DNA from: Candidatus Geocrenenecus huangii
GTDB lineage: Archaea > Thermoproteota > Nitrososphaeria_A > Caldarchaeales > Wolframiiraptoraceae
DNA: 64,000 bases
Assembly (NCBI GenBank): GCA_023254095.1
Contig: JALNLM010000001.1
Span: 128,001 to 192,000, forward strand
Reading direction: 5' to 3'
Shown: piece by piece, positions 31,961 to 42,186 of the stretch
Position numbering within the stretch: the stretch's first letter is position 1
How the letters are laid out: each line of letters opens with the position of its first letter
The notes under the pieces: generated by a model
Seen by the model: the letters and a program-made list of their open reading frames with translations, nothing else
The model's database searches: none
Told to the model about the DNA's origin: nothing
Position numbers and translations under genes: made by a program

Positions 31961-32866
31961 ATGAGGGCAGATTATGTAAACCTCGTCAATACACATACAG
32001 TTCCAGTAAGATTCATGTATCATTCGCCTGAAACTCTTGAAGAAGCATTGAGACTAATGAGAGAATATGGAGGCGAGGCCAGAGTCATGGCGGGTGGGAC
32101 GGACCTGATAGTAGATATGAAGCTGCGCAGGAAAGAACCCAAACACATAGTAAGCTTAAACAAGATTAGGGGGATAGAGTATATAGTCGAAGAAGATGGG
32201 GGAGTAAGAATCGGCGCAAACACAAAGTTGAGAAGCATAGAGAAGAATAGTATCGTACGTGAGAGATTTGAAGCATTGTATGAGGCGGTTAGGTCTATAG
32301 CCTCAGTACAAGTAAGGAATATGGGCACTCTTGTTGGGAACATATGTAATGCTAGCCCAGCCGCCGACTCAGCTCCTCCCCTTCTAGTCTACGACGCAGT
32401 AGTGAAGGCTCGAAGTATAGATGGCGAGAGGAAGATAAAGATAAGAGATTTCTTTAAAGGGCCGGGAAAAACATGCTTGAAGGATGATGAGATCGTCACG
32501 GAAGTATTCATACCATATCCTCCCGGAGATTCGGCGAGCACATTCTTTAAGATCTCTAGAGTCAGCATGGACTTAGCAAAAGTTAACATAGCGATACTTG
32601 TCAAACTCAGCAGCAACGTGGTCGAAGACTTCAGAATTGCATTAGGGGCCGTTGCACCTACACCCTTAAGAATACCCAAAGCTGAAGAATATCTAAGACA
32701 TAAACCTCTAAATGAAGAAAACCTCAACATTGTTGAAAAAATAGTAAGTGAAGAAATAAAGCCGATAACAGATGTAAGATCTACTGAATGGTATCGGAGA
32801 GAAGTATCCAAAATATTGGTAAGAGATGCATTAAATTCGACCATTAAGAAGCTGGTGAGAACATGA
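31961..32866 (+). CDS. Molybdo-hydroxylase FAD-binding medium subunit
   Basis: AGGTDL, QVRNMGTLVGN, ASPAADS, GAVAPTP, PITDVRS. Confidence 0.93.
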   Translation: MRADYVNLVNTHTVPVRFMYHSPETLEEALRLMREYGGEARVMAGGTDLIVDMKLRRKEPKHIVSLNKIRGIEYIVEEDGGVRIGANTKLRSIEKNSIVRERFEALYEAVRSIASVQVRNMGTLVGNICNASPAADSAPPLLVYDAVVKARSIDGERKIKIRDFFKGPGKTCLKDDEIVTEVFIPYPPGDSASTFFKISRVSMDLAKVNIAILVKLSSNVVEDFRIALGAVAPTPLRIPKAEEYLRHKPLNEENLNIVEKIVSEEIKPITDVRSTEWYRREVSKILVRDALNSTIKKLVRT

Positions 32867-33345
32867 AGATTGAATTAATAGTTAATGGAGTTAGAAGAGT
32901 AATTGATGTCGAGCCTAACGAACTGTTGATCAATGTTATCCGGGAGAAGCTAGGCTTGACTGGGACCAAGTATGGATGCGGTATAGGAGAATGCGGAGCA
33001 TGCACCGTCATTGTTGACAGTAAGCCTGTACTATCATGTCTAACGCTAGCAGTCGAAGTCGCGGGGAGAGAAATTACGACAATAGAAGGAGTAGCCAAGA
33101 ATGGTAGACTAGACCCAGTTCAAGAAGCATTCGTAGAAGAAGGCGCAGTCCAGTGTGGATACTGTACGCCTGGATTCATAATAATGGCAAAAGCATTACT
33201 TGAAGAGAACAAGAATCCAAGCAGACAAGAAATCATCGAATATATTAAGGGAAACCTATGCAGATGCACAGGATACATAAACATCGTAAAAGCAATACAG
33301 AAAGCTTCTGAGAAAATCACGCTGAAAGAAAGAAAAACCACGTAA
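32863..33345 (+). CDS. Molybdo-hydroxylase small [2Fe-2S] subunit
   Basis: GCGIGECGAC, QCGYCTPG, NLCRCTGY. Confidence 0.93.
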   Translation: MKIELIVNGVRRVIDVEPNELLINVIREKLGLTGTKYGCGIGECGACTVIVDSKPVLSCLTLAVEVAGREITTIEGVAKNGRLDPVQEAFVEEGAVQCGYCTPGFIIMAKALLEENKNPSRQEIIEYIKGNLCRCTGYINIVKAIQKASEKITLKERKTT

Positions 33346-33425
33346 ACATAATATTTTCTCTCAGTAATGCTCATGCAATCTATCTAGCGAAAAGATTTTA
33401 AGAGGGGATCCGGATTAATTATGTC

Positions 33426-33830
33426 ATGCCAGGGGAACGTCCTACTGCTGCTTTTGTGTTATCTCTAATAGGAGGTATTCTTATACTACTTGGAAGCATA
33501 GTCACCGCTATATTTGCAGGCATATTCGGTGGAGCTATGATGATAGTACCATTCTTAGGAGGTCTGGGAGCACTAGTAATAGCTATGGGCATTCTTGGGA
33601 TAATATTTGGAATAATAATATTGATCGGAGCCATAATGGTCAATTCAAGCAATCCTTCTAGAGTAAGAACAGGGTCAATAATCGTATTGGTCTTCTCTAT
33701 TCTAAGCCTACTTAGTGGCGGAGGATTCATAGTAGGATTCATACTAGCATTAATCGGAAGCATACTTGGATTAGTCTGGAAGCCATATGAAGAAAAAGGT
33801 CGTCTACCTCCTCCACCGCCTCCCCCCTAA
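33426..33830 (+). CDS. Gly-rich four-TM membrane protein with poly-Pro tail
   Basis: PTAAFVLSLIGG and GGGFIVGFILALIG motifs; ends PPPPPPP. Confidence 0.75.
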   Translation: MPGERPTAAFVLSLIGGILILLGSIVTAIFAGIFGGAMMIVPFLGGLGALVIAMGILGIIFGIIILIGAIMVNSSNPSRVRTGSIIVLVFSILSLLSGGGFIVGFILALIGSILGLVWKPYEEKGRLPPPPPPP

Positions 33831-33873
33831 TACCTATCCAACTTTTTTCATTTTAAAATACTAAATAATTTTA

Positions 33874-34011
33874 TCAAGTCTTATGTAGATACTCATATAA
33901 CGTTCTCACATAGGAGGATATAGAATCCACTCTTTTACTTAATTCTTCGACCTTAGCTTCAAGTTTAGCTATTCTCTCTCTTAGTGATATAATCTCTGAT
34001 TCTACACTCAT
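33874..34011 (-). CDS. 45-aa coiled-coil protein (below ORF-track cutoff)
   Basis: MSVESEIISLRERIAKLEAKVEELSKRVDSISSYVRTLYEYLHKT*; clean heptad pattern; AAGGT upstream. Confidence 0.65.
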   Translation of the reverse strand: MSVESEIISLRERIAKLEAKVEELSKRVDSISSYVRTLYEYLHKT

Positions 34012-34095
34012 GGAGATTTACCTTGTTAAGCCATGATATATTTCTTTCCATTTTAGAGTTTTCTATTATATACCTTACACTATAGTGGCAAACCA

Positions 34096-34926
34096 CTATT
34101 CCTGATGTATCAGAATTGATAGGTGCTTCATAGTCCCTCCTTTCAAGACTTTTACAATCTCAGCCATTATCGCCACCGCAATCTCCTCGGGCGTATCTGC
34201 GCCTATATCTATCCCCACCGGCATGTACAATCTCTCCTTAAGATCTCCTACTCTGTAACCTTCGTCTTTGAGTCTCTTCAAAAACTCTGCACATTTTCTC
34301 TTACTGCCAAGCAAACCTATGTATTTAGCATTAGTCCTTAGAGAAGCCCTCAACGCTTTGTAATCTTCCTCTACTCCACCATAAACTATCAGGACTACAT
34401 CCTTACTAGTAATATGTATCTTTTCCACCCAGTCTTCTAAATCTTTAGAAATGATTAATTCTTCTGCATCCGGAAATCTTTCTTTACTTGCGAACTCGGG
34501 GTTGACGTCGACGATTGCGATCTTATATCCGAGGAATACGGCAATCCTTGAGACCGCTTGTGCTAGATGCCCTGCCCCTATTAATACTATTTTAGGCATC
34601 GGTTTGAGAACATCCATGAATACTTCTACTTCTCCACCACATATTAAACCCGTCTCAACACCTTCGCCTACGCCTTCTCTTCTAAATACGTATTTCTTCA
34701 ATGTGGGTTTACCTTCTCTAAGAGCTCCGAGGGCATCTCTCCAAACCATCATCTCGAAAGACCCCCCGCCAAGCGTTCCGATAAATGAGCCATCTTCTCT
34801 AACTAAGATCCTAGCTCCAACGTCTCTTGGAGCAGAACCCGTCTTCTTCACTATGGTTGCTAGGACTACAGACCTCCCATTCTTATGCTCTTCAATGAGA
34901 GCCTTATAGATGTCTAGATAACTCAT
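34096..34926 (-). CDS. xdhC: XdhC/CoxI-family molybdoenzyme maturation factor
   Basis: GSAPR..GA, GTLGGG, ICGG, GAGH, YIGLLGS, PVGIDIGADTPEEIAVAI. Confidence 0.92.
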   Translation of the reverse strand: MSYLDIYKALIEEHKNGRSVVLATIVKKTGSAPRDVGARILVREDGSFIGTLGGGSFEMMVWRDALGALREGKPTLKKYVFRREGVGEGVETGLICGGEVEVFMDVLKPMPKIVLIGAGHLAQAVSRIAVFLGYKIAIVDVNPEFASKERFPDAEELIISKDLEDWVEKIHITSKDVVLIVYGGVEEDYKALRASLRTNAKYIGLLGSKRKCAEFLKRLKDEGYRVGDLKERLYMPVGIDIGADTPEEIAVAIMAEIVKVLKGGTMKHLSILIHQE

Positions 34927-35042
34927 ACCATCCTATAAGATTATCTGGTTCTTTCTTAAATAATTTACCAGAAGACAAAGAGGTTACAATCGATCATGAG
35001 CGTTAGCATCTGGCTTAAATAAAAAATAGGATTTTAAGAAAG

Positions 35043-35951
35043 TTACGCTAGACGCCACTTGTCCAGTAGCTGATTCCATAATGGACTATCCATTAACTCT
35101 CTTAATGCGTGGTTTATCATGTTTCTCAGCCAATAATCTTCAGGTCTAGTGGCTACTGCATAAGTAGATATTCCACCCAATCTTCCAACTTCTCTGAACT
35201 TTGCAGCTACATCAGGCTTCTCTTTAAAGTATGGTCCAGTGAAAGCGCTATCACTTATTACCGCTACAGCTCTCCTATCCAACACTGCCTCCAATGCAAG
35301 CGCATATGAATCCAGTGCAAGCTTCTTGAACCTGTAGCCTTGTTTTATGAGTCTTTCAGCCCATTCATCACTTGTAGCTCCAAGCTGGCAGGCGATATAC
35401 TCTCCAGAATTCAGTAGCTCTTCCATACTTCTTGCTTCATCTTTGAGAGTTAGCAAGTGGTGATAGTACACGTAGTAAGGTATAGAGTACCATACTTTTT
35501 CTGCTCTCGCAGCTGTATGAGTCATCCCTGAAGCAATTATGTCTATATCTCCTTCTACTAGGGCTGTTACTATAGTTGACCAATCCCACGGTTTCGGAAC
35601 TACTTTCCATCCATACTTATTCGCAATCCATTTAATAACATCTACGTCGAATCCTTGTGCTTCACCTGTCGGCGTAACCTCGGTGAAAGGTGGGTAAGCA
35701 GCATCGAAGCCGTGAATAATCACAACTTCGGCCCCAGGAGGCGGCGCCTCAGTGAACTTCCCCTTCGGCTTAACAGTTGTAGTTACCGTTTTTTCAACTG
35801 GTGGAGCCTCAGGCTTCAACACGTATCCGGCAACTCCTCCGATAACCAATCCAGCGATGGCTGATCCAGCAACCTTGGCAGCGGTACCGACAGCGTTTCT
35901 TCTGGAAATCTTCTTATCTAAGATGTTTCCTCTAACATTTTCCCCAGACAT
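35043..35951 (-). CDS. Polar amino-acid ABC transporter substrate-binding protein
   Basis: YPPF, GFDVD, GDIDIIASGMTHTAAR, GATS; N-terminal SRR twin-arginine-like anchor. Confidence 0.92.
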   Translation of the reverse strand: MSGENVRGNILDKKISRRNAVGTAAKVAGSAIAGLVIGGVAGYVLKPEAPPVEKTVTTTVKPKGKFTEAPPPGAEVVIIHGFDAAYPPFTEVTPTGEAQGFDVDVIKWIANKYGWKVVPKPWDWSTIVTALVEGDIDIIASGMTHTAARAEKVWYSIPYYVYYHHLLTLKDEARSMEELLNSGEYIACQLGATSDEWAERLIKQGYRFKKLALDSYALALEAVLDRRAVAVISDSAFTGPYFKEKPDVAAKFREVGRLGGISTYAVATRPEDYWLRNMINHALRELMDSPLWNQLLDKWRLA

Positions 35952-36113
35952 CGTGTATGAATTAAAACTTATCCTAAATAAATCTTTCTAACTATTCTAT
36001 CGCATCATGGCCCTCAATTCTTCAATAAAAATATCCAGCTCAAACATCTAACCTAGCTCATCCTACCTCTAAGCCCGAATACTGCCATAAGAAAAAAATG
36101 TTTATAGTTTTAT

Positions 36114-36806
36114 ATGAGCTATATTGTAGAGATCTCGAAGCTGATGGTGACGGTTTGGGATTATCTTCCATACATTCTTGAAGGGGTGTTGTGGACTCTG
36201 GGTCTAGTAGCTGGAGGATTAGGGATTGGATTCATTATCGGTCTACCTTTAGCAATAGCTCAAGTCTATGGACATAGATTCTTGAAGATTCTAGTAGAAG
36301 TCTACGCATGGTTTTTTAGAAGTGTCCCATTGCTTGTATTACTCTTCCTCTTTTATTGGGGGATATTCCCAGCACTAGGCTACAAGCTCGATCCACTAAC
36401 ATGCAGCGTCCTAGTCCTAGGTTTTAGAAGCGGCGGGTACCAATCTCAAATCTTTAGGGGAGCTATACAATCTATAAGTGAAGGCCAGTTCGTGGCCGCG
36501 AGAACTCTTGGTATGAGCAAGCTCCAATCAATCTATCATATAATTCTTCCTCAGGCATTGAGGATAGCTATTCCAGGCTGGACAAACGAGTATGCAATTA
36601 TCTTGAAGGATTCTGCAATATGTTTCGTGCTAGGCGTGATGGAGATCCTGACAAGAACGAGATATGTCGTTATGGCTACCCTTGAACCACTTCTACCCTA
36701 CTTTATAGCGGGAGGATTATTCATCGTATTAACGTATGGAGGAACAAAAATAGTTAACATAATTTATGAGAAGGCTAAGATACCTGGATTAATAGGGAGG
36801 ATGTAG
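36114..36806 (+). CDS. Polar amino-acid ABC transporter permease
   Basis: FFRSVPLLV, IFRGAI.SI..GQ..AA..LGM, ILPQALR, LKDS. Confidence 0.92.
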   Translation: MSYIVEISKLMVTVWDYLPYILEGVLWTLGLVAGGLGIGFIIGLPLAIAQVYGHRFLKILVEVYAWFFRSVPLLVLLFLFYWGIFPALGYKLDPLTCSVLVLGFRSGGYQSQIFRGAIQSISEGQFVAARTLGMSKLQSIYHIILPQALRIAIPGWTNEYAIILKDSAICFVLGVMEILTRTRYVVMATLEPLLPYFIAGGLFIVLTYGGTKIVNIIYEKAKIPGLIGRM

Positions 36807-36809
36807 CAT

Positions 36810-37574
36810 ATGCCGGACGACGATATTGTTCTAAAAGTAGAAGACTTGTATAAGAGCTATGGAAAGATCGCAGTATTAAAGGGAATCTCATTTGAGGTTA
36901 GGAGAGGTGAAACGAAAATAATCTGTGGCCCATCGGGGTCTGGGAAAAGCACTCTGCTTAGATGCTTGAATTTGTTAACTAGACCTGATAAAGGGAGGAT
37001 ATGGCTGGAAGGAGAAGATATAACTAACCGCAACGTCGACATAAACAAGGTTAGGCAAAAAATTGGATTCGTCTTTCAAGAATTCAATCTCTTCAACCAT
37101 CTTACGGCTCTAAAGAATGTAAGCATAGGCCTAGAAGTAGTTAAGAAGATGAAGAAAGAAGAAGCTCACAGAATAGCGTTAGAAATGTTGAAGAAGGTGG
37201 GTTTGAGTGAGCATGCTCATAAGTATCCTGCTGAGCTCTCAGGAGGTCAGAAACAGAGGGTAGCAATAGCTAGAGCTCTCGCAATGAACCCTGCGGTAAT
37301 ATTCTACGATGAGCCAACATCCGCTCTAGACCCCCAGTTGATAGGAGAAGTACTAGAAGTCATGAAAGCGTTAGCAAGAGAAAAAGTTACAAGTGTGGTC
37401 GTCACGCATGAGATGGGGTTCGCACAAACCGTCGGAGACGAATTATTGTTCATGTGTGATGGAAAGATTGTTGAACGTGGCCCACCGATGGAAATTATAC
37501 GGAAACCGAAATGTGAAGAAACGAAGAAATTCTTCCAAAGAATACATGAGCTATATGCGAGGGAGACAAGATGA
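36810..37574 (+). CDS. Polar amino-acid ABC transporter ATP-binding subunit (GlnQ-like)
   Basis: GPSGSGKST, LSGGQKQR, DEPTSALDP, VTHEM. Confidence 0.95.
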   Translation: MPDDDIVLKVEDLYKSYGKIAVLKGISFEVRRGETKIICGPSGSGKSTLLRCLNLLTRPDKGRIWLEGEDITNRNVDINKVRQKIGFVFQEFNLFNHLTALKNVSIGLEVVKKMKKEEAHRIALEMLKKVGLSEHAHKYPAELSGGQKQRVAIARALAMNPAVIFYDEPTSALDPQLIGEVLEVMKALAREKVTSVVVTHEMGFAQTVGDELLFMCDGKIVERGPPMEIIRKPKCEETKKFFQRIHELYARETR

Positions 37575-38227
37575 GTTTCTGGGAAAGCTTCATCTCAGAT
37601 TTACTGAAAGGGTGGATCACAACTATTGAGATACTTGCTATATCTGTTCCTGCTAGCGTATTGTTAGGTCTAGGTTTAGCTGTTGCAAGGGTTTATGGAA
37701 ACCGGATGATCTCACTTATAGCAAGCGGATTCGTAGCACTCCTGAGGGGGCTGCCGCTAGTAGTCACCTTGCTCATAATATTCTTCGCGTTGCCTAAGCT
37801 TGGAATCTACTTTTCACCATTCTGGGCTGCGGTTACAGCTTTCATAATGTGTAGTGGCGCATACCAGTCAGAATACGTAAGAGGGGCCATACGTTCAATA
37901 GATGTGGGTCAATCGCTTGCAGCCCAAGCTCTCGGAATGTCGAAACTCCAAGAAATTACGCATATTATCCTTCCACAAGCATTTAGAAGAGCCCTACCCG
38001 GGATAACTAATGAGATAATCTACCTGATACTTTATTCTTCTCTTGCGTACCTCGTCGGAGTCCAAGAATTGTTCGCAATTGCAAAGCATTTTAATTCATT
38101 ACAGTTTAGACCTATAGAGATCTTCTCTACCACGGCGTTGATATATGCTTTCATGGCAACTATAGCGACGCTGGGCTTTAGAAGATTAGAGATGAAACTG
38201 AGAATACCGGGACTAGAAGTGACATAG
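37571..38227 (+). CDS. Polar amino-acid ABC transporter permease
   Basis: RGLPLVV, AYQSEYVRGAI, ILPQAFR. Confidence 0.92.
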   Translation: MSFWESFISDLLKGWITTIEILAISVPASVLLGLGLAVARVYGNRMISLIASGFVALLRGLPLVVTLLIIFFALPKLGIYFSPFWAAVTAFIMCSGAYQSEYVRGAIRSIDVGQSLAAQALGMSKLQEITHIILPQAFRRALPGITNEIIYLILYSSLAYLVGVQELFAIAKHFNSLQFRPIEIFSTTALIYAFMATIATLGFRRLEMKLRIPGLEVT

Positions 38228-38292
38228 CTTCTACACCTTGTAGATCTCCTCTTAACAGCTGCCTTCCAGTGATTTTTTCATAAAAGTATATA

Positions 38293-39300
38293 TTGGCAGA
38301 GAATGCTTCTTTATTGAAATTGTCTGAAGAAATAGCCGAGTTTAAATGTAGCATATGCGGTTCCATTCTGAGAATCAGCCCTGAAAATATTGTATCTATC
38401 TGTGAGTATTGCGGTGGATTGAACATAGTTAGCGGAATAATAGATTGTGAAGACATATTCATCTCCACATCCGTCAATGTTGACAAGGTCCTTGAAGAAT
38501 TCCTTAACAGGGTTAGGAAAGATGTTGATTTAAAAAAGATTTCAGACAAACTTAGAATTGTCTCCACCCAGGGATGGTATGTTCCATTCTGGATCTCTAG
38601 AGTCTTAATCCGCGGTGAAGTAGTCTACATCAAGAGGCAGTATAGAGGTAAGAAAGTTGAAATAATTAGGAATAGAGATAGCTTCTCAGAAGAAATCGAT
38701 ATAGACATCATTGCTAGAAGGCAAGTAAAGAACCTCGCTTTGAGAGAATTAATTAAGACATACTTTAGACAGAAGCCTCAGCTGGCAGAGCTCAAGAATC
38801 TCGCCGAAGATTGGTGGAGGTCGAATAAGTTAACAATCCTTAACATAGAATTTGACAGGAAGGAATCTGAGATCTCGTTAAGAGAAGAGGCAGTAGACTC
38901 TGTCAGGAGAATATGGGAAGATAAAGTCGATGAGATAGAATTCTTTAAGGCGGAAGTGAAGAAGATGGAGAGACCTAAGCTAATCTTTCTACCGCTTTGG
39001 GAGGTTGTCTACGAATATAATGGAAGCTTCTACACAGCTTACCATCAAGGATGGAGCGGTCACCCACTAATCTTCTACGAGCCCATCACTATGAGTAGAA
39101 GGCTGCTCTATGCTATAGGCATGTTCACATCCATCATTTTGGGATCTATCATAGGCTCAGCACTGTCTCTACTAACATTAGATAGCTTGAGCGATGCCTG
39201 GTGGATAATACTTTTCCTGCTCTTCATACTCGCTTTAATCGGATACAGGTCTGCGAAAGGATTCATCTCAGATATAAGAGTTGAGAAGTCATGGAGATAG
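38293..39300 (+). CDS. Zinc-ribbon membrane protein (YdjG-like)
   Basis: CSICG/CEYCG, YVPFW, FLPLW...Y.Y, two C-terminal TM helices. Confidence 0.7.
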   Translation: MAENASLLKLSEEIAEFKCSICGSILRISPENIVSICEYCGGLNIVSGIIDCEDIFISTSVNVDKVLEEFLNRVRKDVDLKKISDKLRIVSTQGWYVPFWISRVLIRGEVVYIKRQYRGKKVEIIRNRDSFSEEIDIDIIARRQVKNLALRELIKTYFRQKPQLAELKNLAEDWWRSNKLTILNIEFDRKESEISLREEAVDSVRRIWEDKVDEIEFFKAEVKKMERPKLIFLPLWEVVYEYNGSFYTAYHQGWSGHPLIFYEPITMSRRLLYAIGMFTSIILGSIIGSALSLLTLDSLSDAWWIILFLLFILALIGYRSAKGFISDIRVEKSWR

Positions 39301-40223
39301 TGTGCCCTGGTTGTAGTGCTAGATTCCAAGTCCCTGAGAGCGTGAGGACGTTTACATGCCCATACTGTGGATTAGTTTTTGGAGAAAGAGTGGTAGAAGA
39401 TCACTACTATTTCCCAGTAATAAAAGAGGAGCCTTACACTATGCTACTGAATTTCCTTAGAAGACAATTCGGGATACCCTCTGATATTGTCTCCAACTCA
39501 ACTCTGAAGATCAAGTACCTCTATTATGTTCCAGTATACTTCTACTACCTATATGGGAGGATGATTGGTAGATGCAGTGGAAGAGGATGGACTGAATCTG
39601 AGGAGGCAGCATATAAGGGTTTGGTGGCCTCCAGAAATTTTAGAGATATTCTTGAAGATTATCCATTTCCTGTTAGAGGGAAGAAGTTCTTCAGAAAGGA
39701 GATTATGAATATTGGATTCTATCAACAACCTGAGTTTCCCGAGGATGAGGCCAGAAACTATGTAAAAGCATATCTCCATAAAATACTTGAAGATGAACTC
39801 TTTAGAGAATGCAAGAATCTTAAGGAAGTCAGTGTAGAAGAATTAAGAGTTGATTTTCGTGGATTGATCCATTACCCAATATATTATCTTGAGTATCTTT
39901 ATGATGACCAGACGTATTCAGCTTACTTAGATGGTGTAGATGGAAAGATCATTTCTGCAGAGTATCCAATCAAGCTTCAGACAAAAACTTTACAGATGAT
40001 AATCGGCTCGCTACTATTAACGTGTAGCATCGTGTTCGGATTAGCTCTCTCACTCATTGTAGGGAATCCCCTACCATTTATATTCTCTATTGTTCCAGCG
40101 ATTTCTTCATCTACACCATTGCTTACCAGAAGCTTAACCAAGAAAGTTATATCCTCAGAAGTTAAGATAATTCAAGAAGAGTCTAGACCATTCACCAAAT
40201 ATATTAAAAAGTTCTTAACATAG
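39291..40223 (+). CDS. Zinc-ribbon membrane protein (YdjG-like paralog)
   Basis: CPGC/CPYCG, YVPVY, HYPIY..EY.Y....Y.AYLDGVDGKI, two C-terminal TMs. Confidence 0.7.
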   Translation: MEIVCPGCSARFQVPESVRTFTCPYCGLVFGERVVEDHYYFPVIKEEPYTMLLNFLRRQFGIPSDIVSNSTLKIKYLYYVPVYFYYLYGRMIGRCSGRGWTESEEAAYKGLVASRNFRDILEDYPFPVRGKKFFRKEIMNIGFYQQPEFPEDEARNYVKAYLHKILEDELFRECKNLKEVSVEELRVDFRGLIHYPIYYLEYLYDDQTYSAYLDGVDGKIISAEYPIKLQTKTLQMIIGSLLLTCSIVFGLALSLIVGNPLPFIFSIVPAISSSTPLLTRSLTKKVISSEVKIIQEESRPFTKYIKKFLT

Positions 40224-40259
40224 GAAAAGCTTATCAGCAATCCATGCCAGGATACGCAT

Positions 40260-40583
40260 ATGGTCGGGTACGGTGCTGGAGCTCTAGCCGTTTTAGCCTT
40301 GTCGATCGGTCTAGTTTTAATCGTTTATGGTGGCGGATTAGTACAGATTGATATACTCAACATTCCTGCATGGATTCTTGGACCCCTAGGTATCTATACA
40401 TTGATCTACGGGGTTCTCTCCAAAAAAGATACATTATTTTATTCTATATGGGGAGTAATAATGCTAGGGATCACATCCACCTCAGCTCTCTACAACTTTG
40501 TTAATCCCCTGATCATCCTAGGCATATTAATTATTATTGTGGTTGTATTCGTGTTTATCATGAGAGTGGGATTAAGGAAATGA
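40260..40583 (+). CDS. Small four-TM membrane protein
   Basis: Almost entirely hydrophobic; overlaps next gene by 4 bp. Confidence 0.7.
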   Translation: MVGYGAGALAVLALSIGLVLIVYGGGLVQIDILNIPAWILGPLGIYTLIYGVLSKKDTLFYSIWGVIMLGITSTSALYNFVNPLIILGILIIIVVVFVFIMRVGLRK

Positions 40584-41110
40584 GCGGTAAAGATTATCAG
40601 GAAAAAGTTCGGCGCGAAATGACATTGCTAGAGAAGATTCTTAACTATATCCCTGGATACAGAGGATATAAAGAAAAAGAGATCAGAAGAGAAAGCGATA
40701 GACTGGTGAGGAGCGAGTCTGCGAATAAACTAAAAGAAGCAAAAAATATTGTTCGCATGAAGTTAGCTGAAATGTCTAGTTTAAGAATGATAGAAGAGAA
40801 AGATATCTGGAGAATAGATATGGTTCTATCTAGATTGGATAGAGTTGCTGCAAAGATAGAAAGAGCTCCTGCAGGATACGCAGGGTTATTTGATGCAGTT
40901 AAAGTTAAAGAAGACAAACTGGATAAGGTCCTAGAACACGACTTCTCAATGATAGAGAAATCTGAGAAGATAAGAGATGCAGCTAGAAGATTTGAAATTC
41001 TTGAATCTAGAGAAGAGTGGCTAAAATGCTTAGAAGAATTACTGGAGCTTATAGATGAGCTTGAGAGAACATTCGATGAGAGAACGGATATCCTGAGAGG
41101 GCTTGCCTGA
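40580..41110 (+). CDS. Conserved all-alpha soluble protein
   Basis: IPGYRGYKEKE.RRE.D and APAGYAGLFDAVKVKE motifs; charged amphipathic helices. Confidence 0.7.
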   Translation: MSGKDYQEKVRREMTLLEKILNYIPGYRGYKEKEIRRESDRLVRSESANKLKEAKNIVRMKLAEMSSLRMIEEKDIWRIDMVLSRLDRVAAKIERAPAGYAGLFDAVKVKEDKLDKVLEHDFSMIEKSEKIRDAARRFEILESREEWLKCLEELLELIDELERTFDERTDILRGLA

Positions 41111-41160
41111 TAGCTGGAAACACTTAAAAGGATAAGAATCTTAAAAGATGTGATGGTTCG

Positions 41161-42186
41161 ATGCCTAAGGTAATTGAGTGGGTTGGAGCAGGAGAGTACG
41201 ATGTCGTATGGAGATACCCAGTTGAAGAAATTAGCTGGGGAGATACATTAATAGTACACGAGTACGAGGCCGCAATCTTTTTCAGAGATGGAAAAGCCTA
41301 TGATGTGTTTAGAGCTGGAAGACATGTTTTAACAACGGCTAACCTCCCTCTTTTAACCTCTATTCTCTCAAGGGTGGCTGGATTCGATAAAACCCCCTTC
41401 AGAGCAACTATAATTTTTGTTAGCCTTAAGCAATTTCAAGGAAGGTTCGGTGGACAAGGTCAGACGAGGGAACTCGCACCCTTGAAATTTCATGGTAGTT
41501 TCTGGTTTAGGATAGAAGACCCCAACCTATTTATAAATGAGGTGGTTGGAGGTCAAGGAGCCTACAGTACGGATAGAATTCAGGAATTTCTTAGAGGATA
41601 TTTTAATGAGAGATTAATAGATAGCTTAAGTCAATACTCCCTCATAGATGTTTATGGAAAATTGGATGAAACAAGCTTCTTAGCCAAGAATCTCCTATAC
41701 GAGGCTTTTAGAAGATTGGGTCTCGAATTGATAGATGTCAAGTTCGAGGGGATCGATACCTCCCCTGATTGGAGAGATAGGATATTCTTCTTGAAGACCG
41801 GCGTAAGCGCTGAAGAAGTATTAAGAATGCAGACTGTTCAGAAGGCTGCTGAAAGCCTTTCCAAGAGTGAAGGCGCAGCTGTTGGAGCCGGCATAGCTAT
41901 TATCCCACCCTTATTCCAGACCCCTCCTTCTCAACCACAAGTAATCTGCCCCAAGTGTGGTAGACAGAACCCTCAAGGTTCGAGATTCTGCAATAATTGT
42001 GGTGCTCAACTATTAGAGGCGACAGGAGTAAAATGTTCGAGATGCGGAATGCAGAATATGCCGGGTGCAAAATTCTGTTCAAATTGTGGAAATCCACTAG
42101 AATCTTTAACTAAATGTCCAAGATGCAATGCCGACATACCTTCATCTTCTAAGTTCTGCCCTAATTGTGGAACTAAACTAACATGA
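41161..42186 (+). CDS. SPFH (band 7)-domain protein with three C-terminal zinc ribbons (YdjI-like)
   Basis: LIVHEYEAAIFFRDGK, GRH.LTT.NLP, FRIEDP.LF; three CxxC...FCxNCG repeats. Confidence 0.85.
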   Translation: MPKVIEWVGAGEYDVVWRYPVEEISWGDTLIVHEYEAAIFFRDGKAYDVFRAGRHVLTTANLPLLTSILSRVAGFDKTPFRATIIFVSLKQFQGRFGGQGQTRELAPLKFHGSFWFRIEDPNLFINEVVGGQGAYSTDRIQEFLRGYFNERLIDSLSQYSLIDVYGKLDETSFLAKNLLYEAFRRLGLELIDVKFEGIDTSPDWRDRIFFLKTGVSAEEVLRMQTVQKAAESLSKSEGAAVGAGIAIIPPLFQTPPSQPQVICPKCGRQNPQGSRFCNNCGAQLLEATGVKCSRCGMQNMPGAKFCSNCGNPLESLTKCPRCNADIPSSSKFCPNCGTKLT

